DNA of 63,995 bases, the filler included, from Neolecta irregularis DAH-3 (taxonomy: Eukaryota): assembly GCA_001929475.1 (NCBI GenBank). It is 6 parts of 6 records of this genome, joined end to end, with 100 filler letters (N's around TTAATTAATTAA, not from the genome) between each part and the next. Parts side by side here need not be neighbours in the genome. Positions count along the whole stretch, not along the records: positions 35,884 to 60,688 come from LXFE01000641.1; 5 more parts are not named here. The stretch is one strand, 5' to 3'. A program made the translations under genes and the position numbers. Position 1 is the first letter of the stretch; each line of letters opens with the position of its first letter. A model generated the notes under the pieces. The model saw nothing but the letters and a program-made list of their open reading frames with translations. It made no database searches and was not told the origin of the DNA. Positions 47,647 to 60,688 of the stretch are shown one piece after another.

Positions 47647-50082
47647 TCACGTACCCAGCTTCCCGGCCCCTGGTGAAGTCAGTCAAATAATAAAGGATTT
47701 AACAAACCGGGTAGTCTGTTCAAATAATTCTAATGTCAACGCACTCAAAAAACCTGGGATAGTCTTCCGTTCCTCGACCCAAAATCTAACTAAATTTCCA
47801 ATACTCTTCATGAAGACATTACTATTTCCGGGAACAAGTTGCATTGTACTCGTCTCACCATCAAAGAGAAATGCCTGGTCCGATCGATCGGCGAACATAC
47901 TTGTTACTTTTACTCGCCCGTTTTGTTGAAAGTCGAGCCGATATCCTAAGAGACTGTATACCGCTTCTCTAAATTCTGAGGACTTTGCAGCAAAGATCTT
48001 GGGTCAAATCTCGATAGGTGAAGTAGATACCTCTTTGAGACGAGTTATACGCTTTTCGCGGTCGAGGATTACCTGTTCAAGCTTTTTGCATTCAGATCGA
48101 AGATGCTCTAATGATTCTATTGGAACAAGTTTCGTTTGCAATTCTAGACCTTCAATTTGCGCCAATAATGCTGCATTCTCTCGTTTTAGGAGATCAAGAT
48201 CAGTCCGCTTGATAGAGAACTCTCGAGCTGTTGGATTGTCGCGGAACTGCAAGATTCTGGAGGGACGTTCGATAGACTGTGTTGAAAGTGCGGTTAATTG
48301 GTTTCTTAAAGCGCCAATCTCAATTTGCAAGACGTCTTCTTGCTTCTCCTTCTCTGCTAATTCTACTGATAAGTTGGAATAAGGCAGATGACGAGACCGT
48401 CTTGTAGTTGACGATTCCGACGACATAATTCGCCGATTCGTTCATCCTCATCATCTTGATGAGGTCTTTTATGACTAATTTCCTGAGAGGAAGGGTCAGC
48501 TTGTTGTTGAACCAATAGTTCGATATCTGATTTATAGCTGTCGAGCATTGCCTGCAAATCTTCGATCCGTTTTGTCTTTTGCTTGTCATAATTACCATCC
48601 ATCATTACGGCTTCTTCAGAGTCATATGTTTTCTGTGGAATAAATATCGTCTGATGAGCAGGAATATACCAGCTGCTCTCTGAGAAATTCCACTTCTTTA
48701 GCGACTAGCATTTTCTGTTTCTCGACTCGAAGTCTTTTTCTCTTTTCCACGTCCAAAAGTGTGTCTATATCTTCAAATTTTGTTTTCGCAGAATGAAATT
48801 GCTCTTGCAACAATTTCATATTCGCATCCCTCTCATTCAGCTCCAGTTTTAAATGCTCAATCCGTCCTTGCAGCCTTTTCTTCTCTGCGCGTTCCTGGGC
48901 CAAGGTTCGTCCAAGATCGCTTGGCAAAGGCAAATTTTCGTCATTTCCAAGGTACGATGACCAAGCGGACTTTTCCCGCAGTAGTTCAGCGACTTCTATC
49001 TCTGTTGCACCGAGTTTTGTACGTAGGTCATCCATCATTTTTAATTTCGTCTCAAGAATATGGTTTTCTTCCTTCAAAAGATGTGTAGTGGCTGTAATTT
49101 CTCTCAGATGACCCAGTTCAGCAGCTTGTTTGTGATTGTTATTTTCAAGAGTTTTAACTTTGGCAACTTGTTCAGATAATTCCCGTTGGAGAAGCATTGT
49201 GTTATCATTTCCACCTGTACGCTTGACCTTTGCAATTTCAGCTTCCAAGAGTTCAATTTTCTGTTCAGCAGCGGTGAGAGTCTGTGTCTTCTGATTGTAT
49301 TCAATTGAATTATTCGTCACTTGTTCCTGAAGACCAGCAACTAGCTTCTCTAGAGTTTCATTCTGGGTCCCCAAATCTTCCAAGTGGCTCTGTAATAAAT
49401 GACAAGTTGATCGATTCTGACTCTGTGTGTCGCGGAGTTGGTCAGATAAAGATGAGTTTTCAGATTTGAGAGTTCGCAGGTTACGTTCATTGATAAGCTA
49501 CGAGTGAGCGAAATATCAAAAACCTAAATACTCCCAAGTTCTCCAAGTCATCTTTGAGTCGTGTAATTTCTTCGCTTTGAGCCCGGTGCTGCTCAAAGAG
49601 AAACCGTTTGTCAGTTTCAATTTCCTACAGTTCAGTTTTTTAAGCAAGACTACAACTTGCATCAGCTCGTTTTCCTTCTTCTTTTACTCTGTTTTCCAAT
49701 TCTCTGATAGTCTTGTCCATGCATAACTTTTCTCTTTCTGCCTCTGTCTCTAGATTAGACAGACTATATTTTAAAGCATGGATCTCCGCCCGCAGTTTTT
49801 CATTCATCACATCTAGAATGAGACTGGCTGAGTCTAATTTTTATACCTTTGACGGAACTGTTGGTTTCAACAGGGCTACAGTCTGTAATAGACTCGGAAA
49901 GAACACGCTGTTGCGATTATTACCAAGGGTTCAACAGATCATACCAGGCGTTGCTCTTGATACTGATCACGAATGGCTGCGGAAGCACGAAATGGCGATA
50001 CAGAAGTACTCTGATAAAAAGGATTCGGGCCTCCATTGACACTGTGCTTGACAGGACGTGCGCGAAACGGCGAAGAGTTCAT
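47647..50082 (-). CDS. MAD1: Spindle-assembly checkpoint protein Mad1, multi-exon
   Basis: Long coiled coil, RILQFRDNPT, RLKE|IFAAKSSEFREAVYSLLGY, IPGFLSALTLELFE. Confidence 0.93.
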
Positions 50083-50281
50083 TTACAGATCAATAGAGGT
50101 CTCCCGACGGCTCTCAAAAGTTCCCCAGATCATGGTGTTGATAACATTCAGACTAGTAAACACAACACGAGTCTGATGCCTACCTGTACTTTAAACAGTT
50201 TTATGCATTATTACTGTATAGTCGGCCAGATGTAAATAACTAGCAAATGACTTTTTTCGAATCTGCCACAAATGTCTTCTG

Positions 50282-50973
50282 ATGCTTGGTATTGCTCGCC
50301 TTCAAACGAAACGAAACTCTATATATGCACATTTCAGAAACACAACTAGCCTCTTTCAAAAGCGGTTTCAATCCACAGGGCAGTCGCCTCAGAAATTATC
50401 TCCAAGGGATCTCGAAATTCTCGAGCGTGTGGTAAGATCCCATTTAGCAGTTTAATATTTACAACTCGCCAGATACGAGTTGACCAAGCAGGAGAGCTAG
50501 GTGCAAATTGGATTTACAAAGGCCAACATGCCATTTTGGGAAAAGATCCCAAAGTTGGACCGGTGATTAAAGAAATGTGGGATCAAGAAGTACACCATCT
50601 GAAAACCTTCGACCAACTCATTTCTCATCATCGAGTGCGTCCATCTGCTCTTCGTCCTGTCTGGGAGGCAGCTGGATACGCTGTTGGAGTCGGAACCGCA
50701 TTACTAGGAGAAAAAGCTGCTATGGCATGTACCGAAGCCGTCGAAACCGTTATTGGAAACCATTATAATGACCAATTACGAGATATCATGCATCTAAACA
50801 GCGAAGAAATGGAAAATCTACGAAATACTATAAAACAGTTTCGCGATGATGAACTGGGACATAAAGAAACGGCAATCGAATGGGATGCGCAAAATTCACC
50901 AGGCTACTTTATATTAAATCAATCAATTATGGCTGGTTGTAAAGCTGCAATCTGGATTGCCGCCAGATTCTAA
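50282..50973 (+). CDS. COQ7: 5-demethoxyubiquinone hydroxylase Coq7/Cat5 (1 intron)
   Basis: Mitochondrial-type presequence, IRVDQAGELGANWIYKGQ, EMWDQEVHH, ACTEAVETVIGNHYNDQ, FRDDELGH. Confidence 0.97.
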
Positions 50974-51121
50974 TAGTTTTTTTCATTCTTTATAATAATA
51001 AAAAGTACATTCCCTTTGAAACCATGTTTCAAACAAGTATATCTATCTATCTATGTATACTCAAACTAACGCCTGTTCTTTCTAAAAAGAAAAGAAAAAT
51101 GGGAAATAAAAACAGTTAGAT

Positions 51122-54100
51122 TTACACGTTTAGGGGTGTCAACACATCAAAAGATCCCGTTCCGACTTTGACTACTTTACCCAAAACAAGACTCGCGCTA
51201 GGATTATCCAAGGAGTCATAATCTCCATATAACGTAGCATTAGTTAAAAAATGACAGGTAGTTTCAAAACTCATTTTCAGGAGGGGAGAGACACTACTTT
51301 CGATGCCCATTCTATTGAACGCTCGATAACCGCCTTCAAAAGTCATGTAATCGGCGATAAGGGTTAAATGTCGAAGATCGACTGCGATGCCGTAACTATA
51401 TGTTAGAGAATTAGCAGTTATTTGTTATTTGTACACTTTGAAGACTCCCGAGACTTCTTTGATGATTACCTGACGAGCAGCTTCGACTCCATAAGTAGTC
51501 ATGACGGCGGCGATATCATTAGAATAAATAGATGATAAATCTATAATATCTGCATGTTGCCACATTTCTTTGAAATTAACACCCTCCGTAGCGAGTAGGC
51601 GCTAGTTAGAATTAGTTTGGGGAATTGAAGATGGCTGAGGGTACGGATGTATCTAGTTTAGATTCTCCTGGTAGGCGAAAACATCTTCCAACGCCTTTCA
51701 TCTCGTGAACTACGGTCTCTCGACATACTTTTTCGATAATATTGATCATGAGAAGTTTAGGCAAATCATGCGGGTACTACACGGTCAAGTATAATCTCCC
51801 AAATAAATACCTGTAATTCAATTTCAATCCATTCTCCATTCTTGTCAAATTTCCAACTCTTGACATTGGTGAATTGATCAAGGATATCCTGCTCCCTCGC
51901 AACTTTTTCCCCAACCTCATTTATAACAATTTCCTTTTCTCTAGTTTTTCTTTCGCGGAATTGACAAAGTTCGTCGTCTTTTCCAATATCATCTATTTCA
52001 TAATCTTCTTCGTCTACGGGATTTTGATCTTCAATGATACGTCGTTCGTCTTCGTCGGGGGCGTCGTACGTCGCCTTCTCAGAAGCGTTTGCAGCGCGTT
52101 TACTAGACATTGCATCTCCATCATCATCGTCTGATTCATCGTGACCTTGTCCATATTCATCAAGCTCATCACCACCACTATTACTCGTCCGTCCAAAAGA
52201 AACTCCTATATCGCCCATTTTTTTATTCGATTGTTTAACTTGTTTGGATATTGCCGAGGAGAGTTTAACAAGGAAAAGCACCGCACATGTCTTTTCGATT
52301 TCAGATTGAGGGATACCGTATTCCAATTCATATTCCTCTCTAGGAAAAAATTTCAATTTGATTGTAAATATTTTGATTAAAACGTTTCCTGTTGCTGTGA
52401 TTTGTTTTTCAGAGACGGAGGCTGTGTCTACAAGATCCGAAAGGACCAGGCGACTTGTTTTCTTACAAAAGTGTTGGGCAAGGGTATCTGATACACTATC
52501 CAAAATTTTGAGGGTCATAGTGGGTGTTCTTATATTTGCGGTTGCTATCATTATTATTTCTCGAAGACGGGGAATTCCAAGAGTGACGTTTTTGGCTCCA
52601 AGGCCAGCGAAATGAAATGTATTTAAAGTCATTTGAGTTGATGGTTCTCCTATTGATTGACCTGCTAAAACGCCCACGGCCTCACCTGGATCAACGAGTG
52701 ATTTGATGTATTTAAGCTGCATCAATGCTCGAAAATGTTTTTTAGAAACTTGGTCGAGAGTGTTGAGAAGTGCTCTTGGCTGATCGTTTTTTGATTTTAT
52801 CAAATGATCCTTATTTTGAATGAGGTACTGTCCTATTAAACTAGATAAATAAAAGAGATACCTCTTCCAATTCTTTGTGAAAGGTTTCAGAAACACTTCC
52901 GAGATGTCGACTTGGACTATAAACAGACAACACAGGATCAAATTTCCTTGGATGTTTTAAAGCCTTTTTGGAAAATGGCCAAGCTTTGTCTACATCAAGT
53001 CCAGCAAGACTTCCCCTAGGATTATACTTTTGAACAAGCGAATTATGATTCATCGCCGAGAATCCAAATTTATATAGATGTTGTGATTTAACAACGTCGA
53101 GACTATCTTCCCCGTAGTGAAACTGAATAAGCGAACCGTCGGCGTCTCGAACAGTGTGATCATAGTGCACTCGTATACCTTCAAGATGCTTGATAAGACA
53201 TCGTTGAAGATACCCTGACCGAGAAGTTTTAACAGCAGTATCAATAAGCCCTTCTCGACCAGCCATACAATGGAAGAAATACTCTTGAGGTAAAACACCC
53301 GTTAGGAATCGGCTGGCGATATATCCACCCGCAATAGCTCGCGTATCAAAGGGCTTGAAAGAAGGAAGTGTTTTCCCGCTAATCATAACTGGAACCCGCT
53401 TCCCTTCTAATTCTTGTTGTCCTAAACTTTAGCCAGAAATAATAAAAGGTATATTACCTAATAGACATGAAATTTGGGAAACGTTGACATTGCTTCCTTT
53501 TGCGCCGGATACAGTCATCATTTGCATATTATTCTCTGGAAACTTTTTAAACAAGCCATCTGGAAGACACTCGTTTATAACCAAACTGGTTAACCCGCCC
53601 ATTTTACTTCTCATGGCACTATCCAACCCGGCCAATTTCTCATCATCCCGAAGGATTTCTTCCATTCGCAAAGGTAATAATTCGATATTCTGACAGGAAA
53701 CGTAGTCTTGAGCTACTCTAGTCCCGTAATTTTCTCCCTTACGAATACTGTCCAAACGCGCTTTATCGCCTGTAGTAGATAATCGTAAATCGTCCATTCC
53801 GCATGTAAAACCACGCATTTGAACGTACTTTGTAAAACAACGTCCTAATACACTGAGTAATTTTCCAGCTGTTTCCGGTTCATAGATTTCGTAGACAGAA
53901 TGTACTAAGCCATATGCAGAAGCTCCGAATTGGGATTTATCAAGGATTCCAACTAATAAATGCCCATTTTTAAAAATAACTTGGTCTTCTTCGCTGTTGA
54001 TGCCCCAATAGCGACTGGCGACTTTGGATTTTGAAAGTAAATTCAAACCAGGCCGGTCCGGTGGCTTCAAATTTAGTATTATGGTCGAGATTATTTGTTT

Positions 54101-56260
54101 GCCGGTCCATAGGGGTCGTGGTTTTATTATGGCCGGGGGGATGGTGATTAATCTGGGGCCATTGACGTTTGTATCTTGGGGATGTAATGAACCACAGAGT
54201 AATTGCTGGTACTCTTCTCTAGTGAAAAATGTATCACGTTTAGTCATCCAAACTCCGGTGACTACGTGATCTTGGATTAACCCTCGTAAAGGGTTGCCGC
54301 TGGTGGGTACCAAGTACTGCGAATTAGTATCCGCGATAAACTGGGCTTCAGCGCGCGCAACTTCATTCTGAGGAAAGTGCATATTCATTTCGTCGCCGTC
54401 GAAATCTGCGTTGTAGGTATTGCAGTTTGCATAGTGCATGCGGATTGTCTTTTCGCCTTTGAGGATGCGGGCATTGTGGGCCATTATTGAGGGCTTGTGG
54501 AGTGTGGGTTGTCGATTCAATAAGACGACGTCGCCGTTTTGCAAGTGGCGGTAAACGACCTTGTTTATGGGTGTTTGTCTATTTGCAGCGTTATTGGGGG
54601 TGAGCAGTTGGTTCGCGAGGGCGGTTCGCTTTTCAATTGGCATACGTTCTAGGAATGTTAGTTTGCCGTCTTCGTTGAGGATATGTGAGGCTCCGGGCCA
54701 TTTTGGGCCATTGATGACTGCTTTTCGCATTTGTTGGACGTTAAAAGGGGTTACTGGTTCGGGGTATGTGAGTTTTGAGGCGAATATGGGAGGGACACCA
54801 ATCTCGCTCGTCTCGATATTTGGATCCGGGGAAATGACTGATCGAGCGGTAAAATTTACTCGTTTTCCCATCATGTGTTTGCGAAAAAGGCCTTCTTTTT
54901 TCTCCAAGACTTGTTTTATGCCGGGGGGGGCGAGTTTTCCTGGTGGGAATTTTGTGGGGTTTCTGTTACTATCGATCAAACTATTGACGTCGTATTGCAA
55001 CTGGATGAAAGCGGAGACAAGCTGATCGAAGGCTTGTTTTGCGGCTGCCTCTGCTTGTTTGTCTGTAGAGTTTCTGCCGGTTGCAACTTGTTCGTTGAGA
55101 GTGCGAATATTTGCACTGCAAGTCAAAATTTTGCCGAAGAGATCGTTTTGCACATTTTCGTGGATGTTGTCGCCCACCTTTGTTGAGGGACGAAAGCGAG
55201 TTGGGGGAACAGCGAGTTTGTGTAAAAAAAACATATCCGAAGAGACTGTATTGTTTGATTTACTCTGGGATGAATATATGAGGGAGATAATTTTTTGTTC
55301 TTTTTTAAAGAGACGAGCGAGGTGGTTGCGGACTTGATCTGAGGCCATGTATTTTGTGGGGATGACTTGAGAGGCCGAGTCTGACGAGTCTGTAGTGGTA
55401 TCCATGTTGTCATCCTTTGAAAGAGGTTTTAGTATATCTGGAATAACGGTACCCTGGGCTTGCATTTTATCGCGGTGCCTCTTTGAGAGAGGAAGTTTGA
55501 ATATTTTTGCATGATTGTGTTGGCGAAAGGTGGGAGAGATGCTAGAGTCAGGGGGATTAAAGAAGAGCGTACGCTCTGCAGTTTTCACAAACTCTGCGGG
55601 CAGAAATTTGTTTGAGAAAGGATAGGACGAGGCGGCGTTTTTCTTCCGCGACGGCTAGGGATTTTGGGGGGCAGGGTTTGGAAGCGCGGATGGCATTTTG
55701 GACAAAAGCGTCTAGAGTGAGCAGGGCAGGAAGGGGACGAACCTCTCTGGGCGATGATATTTGCAGGCAGGAGACGTGTGGCTTTCTGGGAGTCGTCGGG
55801 GATGATTGCGATATTGTCGATGAGGGCGGCTTCTGGGAGGAGGGCGTGGTGGAGGAGAGAGAATTTGCAGACGAAGAGATGGACGGCGAGGGAGGCGAGA
55901 CGAAAGTTGTGACAGGAGAGACAGGCGGCCTTGAGGAGGGCGAGCATCTGGGGAAAGACGAGGGGATTGTAGCAGGGAGTGGGGAGGGTGATGTGGCCGT
56001 AGTGGCCGGGGCAGAAGCGCTGGTCGAGGGCGCAGGTCGCGCATCTGGCGTTAGCGAGGCTGGCGGGAGGGATACAGGTCGTGTTTGCGGAAGGGGCCGA
56101 GGGCGAGGTCGTAGAGGCCGCCCTTTGTGGGATGGCCTAGGTTGTCGAAGACAGCAGGGTTACAGATGTGGACGACGGAGAGCTTCTCGACGAGGGCGGG
56201 CGGGATGAAGGAAAAGTGCAGCGACTGGATTTCCGCGGCAGGGGGTTTCGGGGGGGGCAT
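51122..56260 (-). CDS. RPA190: RNA polymerase I largest subunit, multi-exon
   Basis: [83 protein letters not shown]. Confidence 0.98.
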
Positions 56261-56806
56261 TGAGGGGGAGTTGGTACAGAGTATGACTGAGTGCTGCTGA
56301 GTGGAAGTACGGTCGAACCTTGCAATAGAAACCTCCGTATAACGACAAGGAATGGTTTGTTTGGACACTAACGAACTTTGTATTAGATTAGTACGAAATT
56401 AAAAAAAATTGAAATGCCGTTCCGCTATTGCAAAAGATTGCTCTGCGTGTGTAAGATTAGTTCTTACCAGACACGAGGTAGATGTCGGAGTGGCAAGTAT
56501 ATAAACGAGTGGGATTACCAAGTACAATTACTTAGGTTGGGTATGCCTCTGTAAAGCAAGTACAATTGCTTAGGTTGGAATATACCGGGTCTTATTCATA
56601 CTTGAGAACAACAAGGATGGAAGAGCAGATTATTACATTGGAGACTTGTTACAAGAGAAGGCACAATTTTTTGTGGCAGTGAAAGCACCTAAGGGCTACT
56701 TGAAACGTCAAACAAATTCAGCGTACAGGAACCAAACAGTAACTCAAAACAGCAAACAGATTCAAAAACAACCTTTTACAGCAGGATTTGTCAATAAAAA
56801 CCTCTT

Positions 56807-58241
56807 CTAATCATCCAGGATATCTGTAGGGGTACTAGTTGTGGTGATGATGTTAATATCCGCCAAGCTACCAACTTTGAGTGTTCTCAATATGTTGGAT
56901 CTGAGTAACTCCCGTTTCGGTTTCGGTTGATTTCGATATACGCTAGAGACCACAGCGTTCATGAGGCCGCCCATTAATCTGTCATCGATGTAATATCTAT
57001 ACCGACCGCGAGGGTCAAGTAGTTCAGGATATGTAGGAAAAGATACGAGGCTGAGCACTATTGCAAAGCCATTCCTTTTTTCGTCACCGAACTGCTCATA
57101 ATGTTGAAAGTCAACATCTATTTCTGATGAAAACTGGGCTTTGTGGCCAAAACGACTCATTGCTTTTTCAAACATTTCCAAGACAGATGATTTCATATGG
57201 TAGTCAAAGTCAATTTCTGGAGTTAGAAAATAGTGTATTTCAAGAGGAATTTCTTGATTTGCGTCATCGATAAGCCCATTTGGTAAAATTCGCGCTAAAG
57301 CGAAAGCACCGTAGCCAAAAGAAACGACGAGCATGTGGATATCAGGTCCTTCGATGAAAAGTATCTGTGCCAAGGGATCAAAAACCGTGGTTATACCAAC
57401 TCCCTGACTGATTGAATCAAGAAAAAGCAACACAAGAGTGTTAAAGGGTGCAGAAGAAACATTTTCTCTAATCCTCGAACACGTAGGTGATGGTTGGACA
57501 TCCCGAATAATCCTGCAAATTTCTGAAGACTCCCTTTGAGAATCTGCAAGGGTATTCCCACCAAGCCATTTATTGAAATAAACTTCTGTTGGTGGATTGG
57601 CATGTAAGGCAGCTTTGGATCGACGTAGAAGATCCAGCATTATGAAAAAGCCATCTTGTCGCTGTTTGGAGGGATCACGAAACCCATATTTCATTAAAAG
57701 CTGCTCGGCCCGGGGTCCTTCCAGTATTTCCCGATCGCCAAGGATTGTTGCAGCAACGGCTTCAACAATTGTGTCTTTAGCACTACACTATCAGATGCTT
57801 TCTGGCAGACTCGGGCACTTACTCATATACCGCTAAAAGATAGCTAGGGGTTTCCTCATTAATTGAATAGGTTATTTCAGATGACTTTGTTCTGAAAGTT
57901 AAACATTCTGCATCCTGGGTTTGTATATTCACTGTCACAGCGAACGAATTGCAATGATACGTGTAAATGAGGCATCGTTCTGCGCAGGCAATAATTATCG
58001 ATTCCATATTGGATTCGTTATCCCCAACCCCTTCCATATTGGGTTCGTTATCCCCAACCCCTTCCATAGTGGGGTTGTTAACCCAGAACCCTGCCTCGAT
58101 GATACTATCGGTGTTATAACGGTTGTGATCGCTGAAGGCGATATTGTGGGGAAACATATCCGTGAAAGGAGTGAACTTGTCAAGAAGATTGGCGGAGCAA
58201 GTAAGAGCAGAAAGTGCGAGCAAGTAAAAAAGGTTTGACAT
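56807..58241 (-). CDS. Secreted PAN/apple-like family protein, tandem copy A (2 exons)
   Basis: Signal peptide MSNLFYLLALSALTCSA; CAERCLIYTYHCNSF..C; a GTAAGT..TAG intron joins the 168-aa and 295-aa ORFs; internal 30-bp repeat (NMEGVGDNE). Confidence 0.85.
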
Positions 58242-58649
58242 CTTTGTAGAGATAGAAGCAAGTGGCGGTTGTATCGTTAGGAGAAAATTGAGAATACAAA
58301 TGAAGGCGCAACCAATGTCTTGCAACCAGCGGAAGTAGTCAGAGGCGCAACCACGACCAGCGAAGTAGTCAGAGGAGCAGATGTATCAGAGGAGCGGATG
58401 TAGTCAGAGGAGCAGAAATAGTCAGAGGCTTGTCAGCGACGGGATCCACGTGGAAGGGAGGGAGGAACATGCATACGTGAGGGACAACTACGGCTCCATG
58501 GACCGCAAGCACCCGCTCGATGAAGGCAGCGGCAACGGCAGCACCGCCATGCGCGCCCGGCACGCGGCAGCGGCTTCACAAGGCGCTGGAGAAGCACTGC
58601 CACCTGCAGCGCGCGCACCAGTACGACCAGCAGTATGAAGAGTCGCCGC

Positions 58650-58745
58650 TCGGGCCTCGGCGCGCTGCTGCTCGAGCGCCTGGCCGTCGACTACGGCAAG
58701 AAGTGCAAGCTCGAGTTCGCCGTCTACCCGGCCCCGCAGGTGAGT
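58650..58745 (+). pseudogene. Isolated alpha-tubulin fragment (32 codons)
   Basis: [32 protein letters not shown] matches the conserved alpha-tubulin segment; no other tubulin sequence flanks it. Confidence 0.9.
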
Positions 58746-59160
58746 GGTAGTAGTTGATACAGAGTATTGCTGAGGGGTAGTGGTAGTTGGTACAGAGTAC
58801 TGCTGAGGGGAGTGGTGGTAGTAGGGTACGGAGTACTGCTGAGTGGTAGTACGTCGAAAAGGAACCTCCGTATACCGATAACGAGAGTCTAACGAATTTA
58901 AAGATTACTACAAAGATGGTTGATTAGTACGAATTAGTTATAAAAAGAAATTAAAACTGTTCTGCTATTGCAACAGATTGCTCTGCGTGCCTGAGGTATT
59001 GTGGAAGTGAGAGGGCTACTTGCAACTTGAACAAATTCAGCAACAGTTTTTAAAATGTACAGGAACCAAACAGCTTTTTAAAGGTACAGGAACCAAACAG
59101 CAACTCTAAAGCAAACAGATTCAAAAACAACCTTTTACAGCTGGAAAAACCTCATCTACA

Positions 59161-60499
59161 TCATCTGGGTATTGTGGTGATGATGTTAATATCCGCCAAG
59201 CTACCAACTTTGAGTGTTCTCCATATGTTGGATCCGAGTAACTCTGATTTCTGTTTATTTTGATATGCGCTAGAGACCACGGCGTTCATGAGACCCTTGA
59301 TTAATTTGCCTTTGATGTTTGTGGTTCCCTGAAGAGCATCTAGCTTTGAAAATCTACGAGAAGATAACACGCCGAGCACTGTTTCGAAGCCACTATATTC
59401 TTCGCCACCATACGTCTGACAATGAAAGCTAGAAACTGGTGGAAAAAAGAATTTGGCCTTGTGGCCAAAACGACTCATTGCTTTGTCATACATTTCCAAG
59501 ACAGCCGAGTCCCAATCGTCATTATGGTCAGATGTCAGAATAACAAAATAGTGTATTTCAAGAGGAATTTCTTGATTTTGGATATCGATCAGCCCAGAGT
59601 GGTCAAGGATGAGCTCGGATTGATCAAATCGTGCTACAGCGAACTCGCCGTAGCCAAACGAAACGACGAGGATGTGGACATCCGGTCCTTCGATGAAAAG
59701 GGTGCGTTTCAAGGGATCGAAAATAGTGATTATACCGGGTCCCTGAGTGATTAAATCAAGAAAAGTCAACACAAGAGTGCTCAAGGGTGCAGAAGAAACA
59801 TTTTCTGTAATCCTCACACATGTAGCCGATGGTCGCCGAGCAGTGGATGAAATGCAATGGTCTACAGACTTTCTTTGCGAACCTGCAATGGTTTCCCCGC
59901 CAACCCATTTATCGAAATCAATATGTGTTGGCGGCTTTGCATGTAAAGCAGTTTCGCAGAGACGTAAAAGATCCAGCATAAGGTCCCAGTGGTCCGCTCG
60001 CTTTTGGGGTGACAACCCATGTTGAATTAGAAGCTGCGGTCCTTGCAGCAATTCAGGATCATTGAGGATTTTTGCAACAATGTCTTCAACAAGTTTGTCT
60101 CTAGCACTACACTATGAGATGCTTTGCCAGAAGCACCTACTCGTATACTGCTAAAAGATCATTAGGGGATGCGTCATCGATTGAATAGGTTATTTCCGAC
60201 GACTTTGTTCTGAAAGCCAAACATTGCACCGCCTGGGTGTGTATTTCCAGGGTCACCGTGAACGAACGGCAAAGGCCAAAATTCATTACCGAGAGGCATC
60301 GTTTTGCGCAGGAACCAAGGAACGATTCCACAGCGACAGGGTTGTCCCCGTCGGCGGTGAAACTATAGGATTCGTAAACGTAGTGCTTGGTGAAGGCGAT
60401 ATTGTGTCGAGGAAACTTGTCGGTGAAGGGGGTGAAAGAGTCCAGCAGATTGGCGGAGCAACCAAGAGCAGAAAGGGCGAAGAGGAGGGCTGGCGGCAT
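59161..60499 (-). CDS. Secreted PAN/apple-like family protein, tandem copy B (2 exons)
   Basis: Signal peptide MPPALLFALSALGCSA; CAKRCLSVMNFGLCRSF..C; same intron position and same C-terminus (TLKVGSLADINIITT) as copy A. Confidence 0.85.
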
Positions 60500-60583
60500 G
60501 ATAGATAGAAAAACTACGCGAGAAATTACGCGACCACGTGAGACGCGGACCACATCCCACGTGAGCAGCCAACACCACGCCTC

Positions 60584-60688
60584 ATGGACCGCAAGCACCC
60601 GCTGGACGACAGCAGCGGCAGCGGCAGCACCGCCAAGCGCGCCCGGCTCGCTGCGGCGCCCGCGGACAGCACGCTCGCGGACAAGATC
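60584..60688 (+). CDS. 5' end of a gene cut by the contig break (MDRKHPLDDSSGSGSTAKRARLAA..., NLS-like)
   Basis: Open GC-rich frame running into the Ns; a truncated duplicate starts at 58498. Confidence 0.5.

Noticed and set aside
55612..56208. 198-aa plus-strand ORF
   Set aside because: Antisense shadow of the C-rich RPA190 5' exons.
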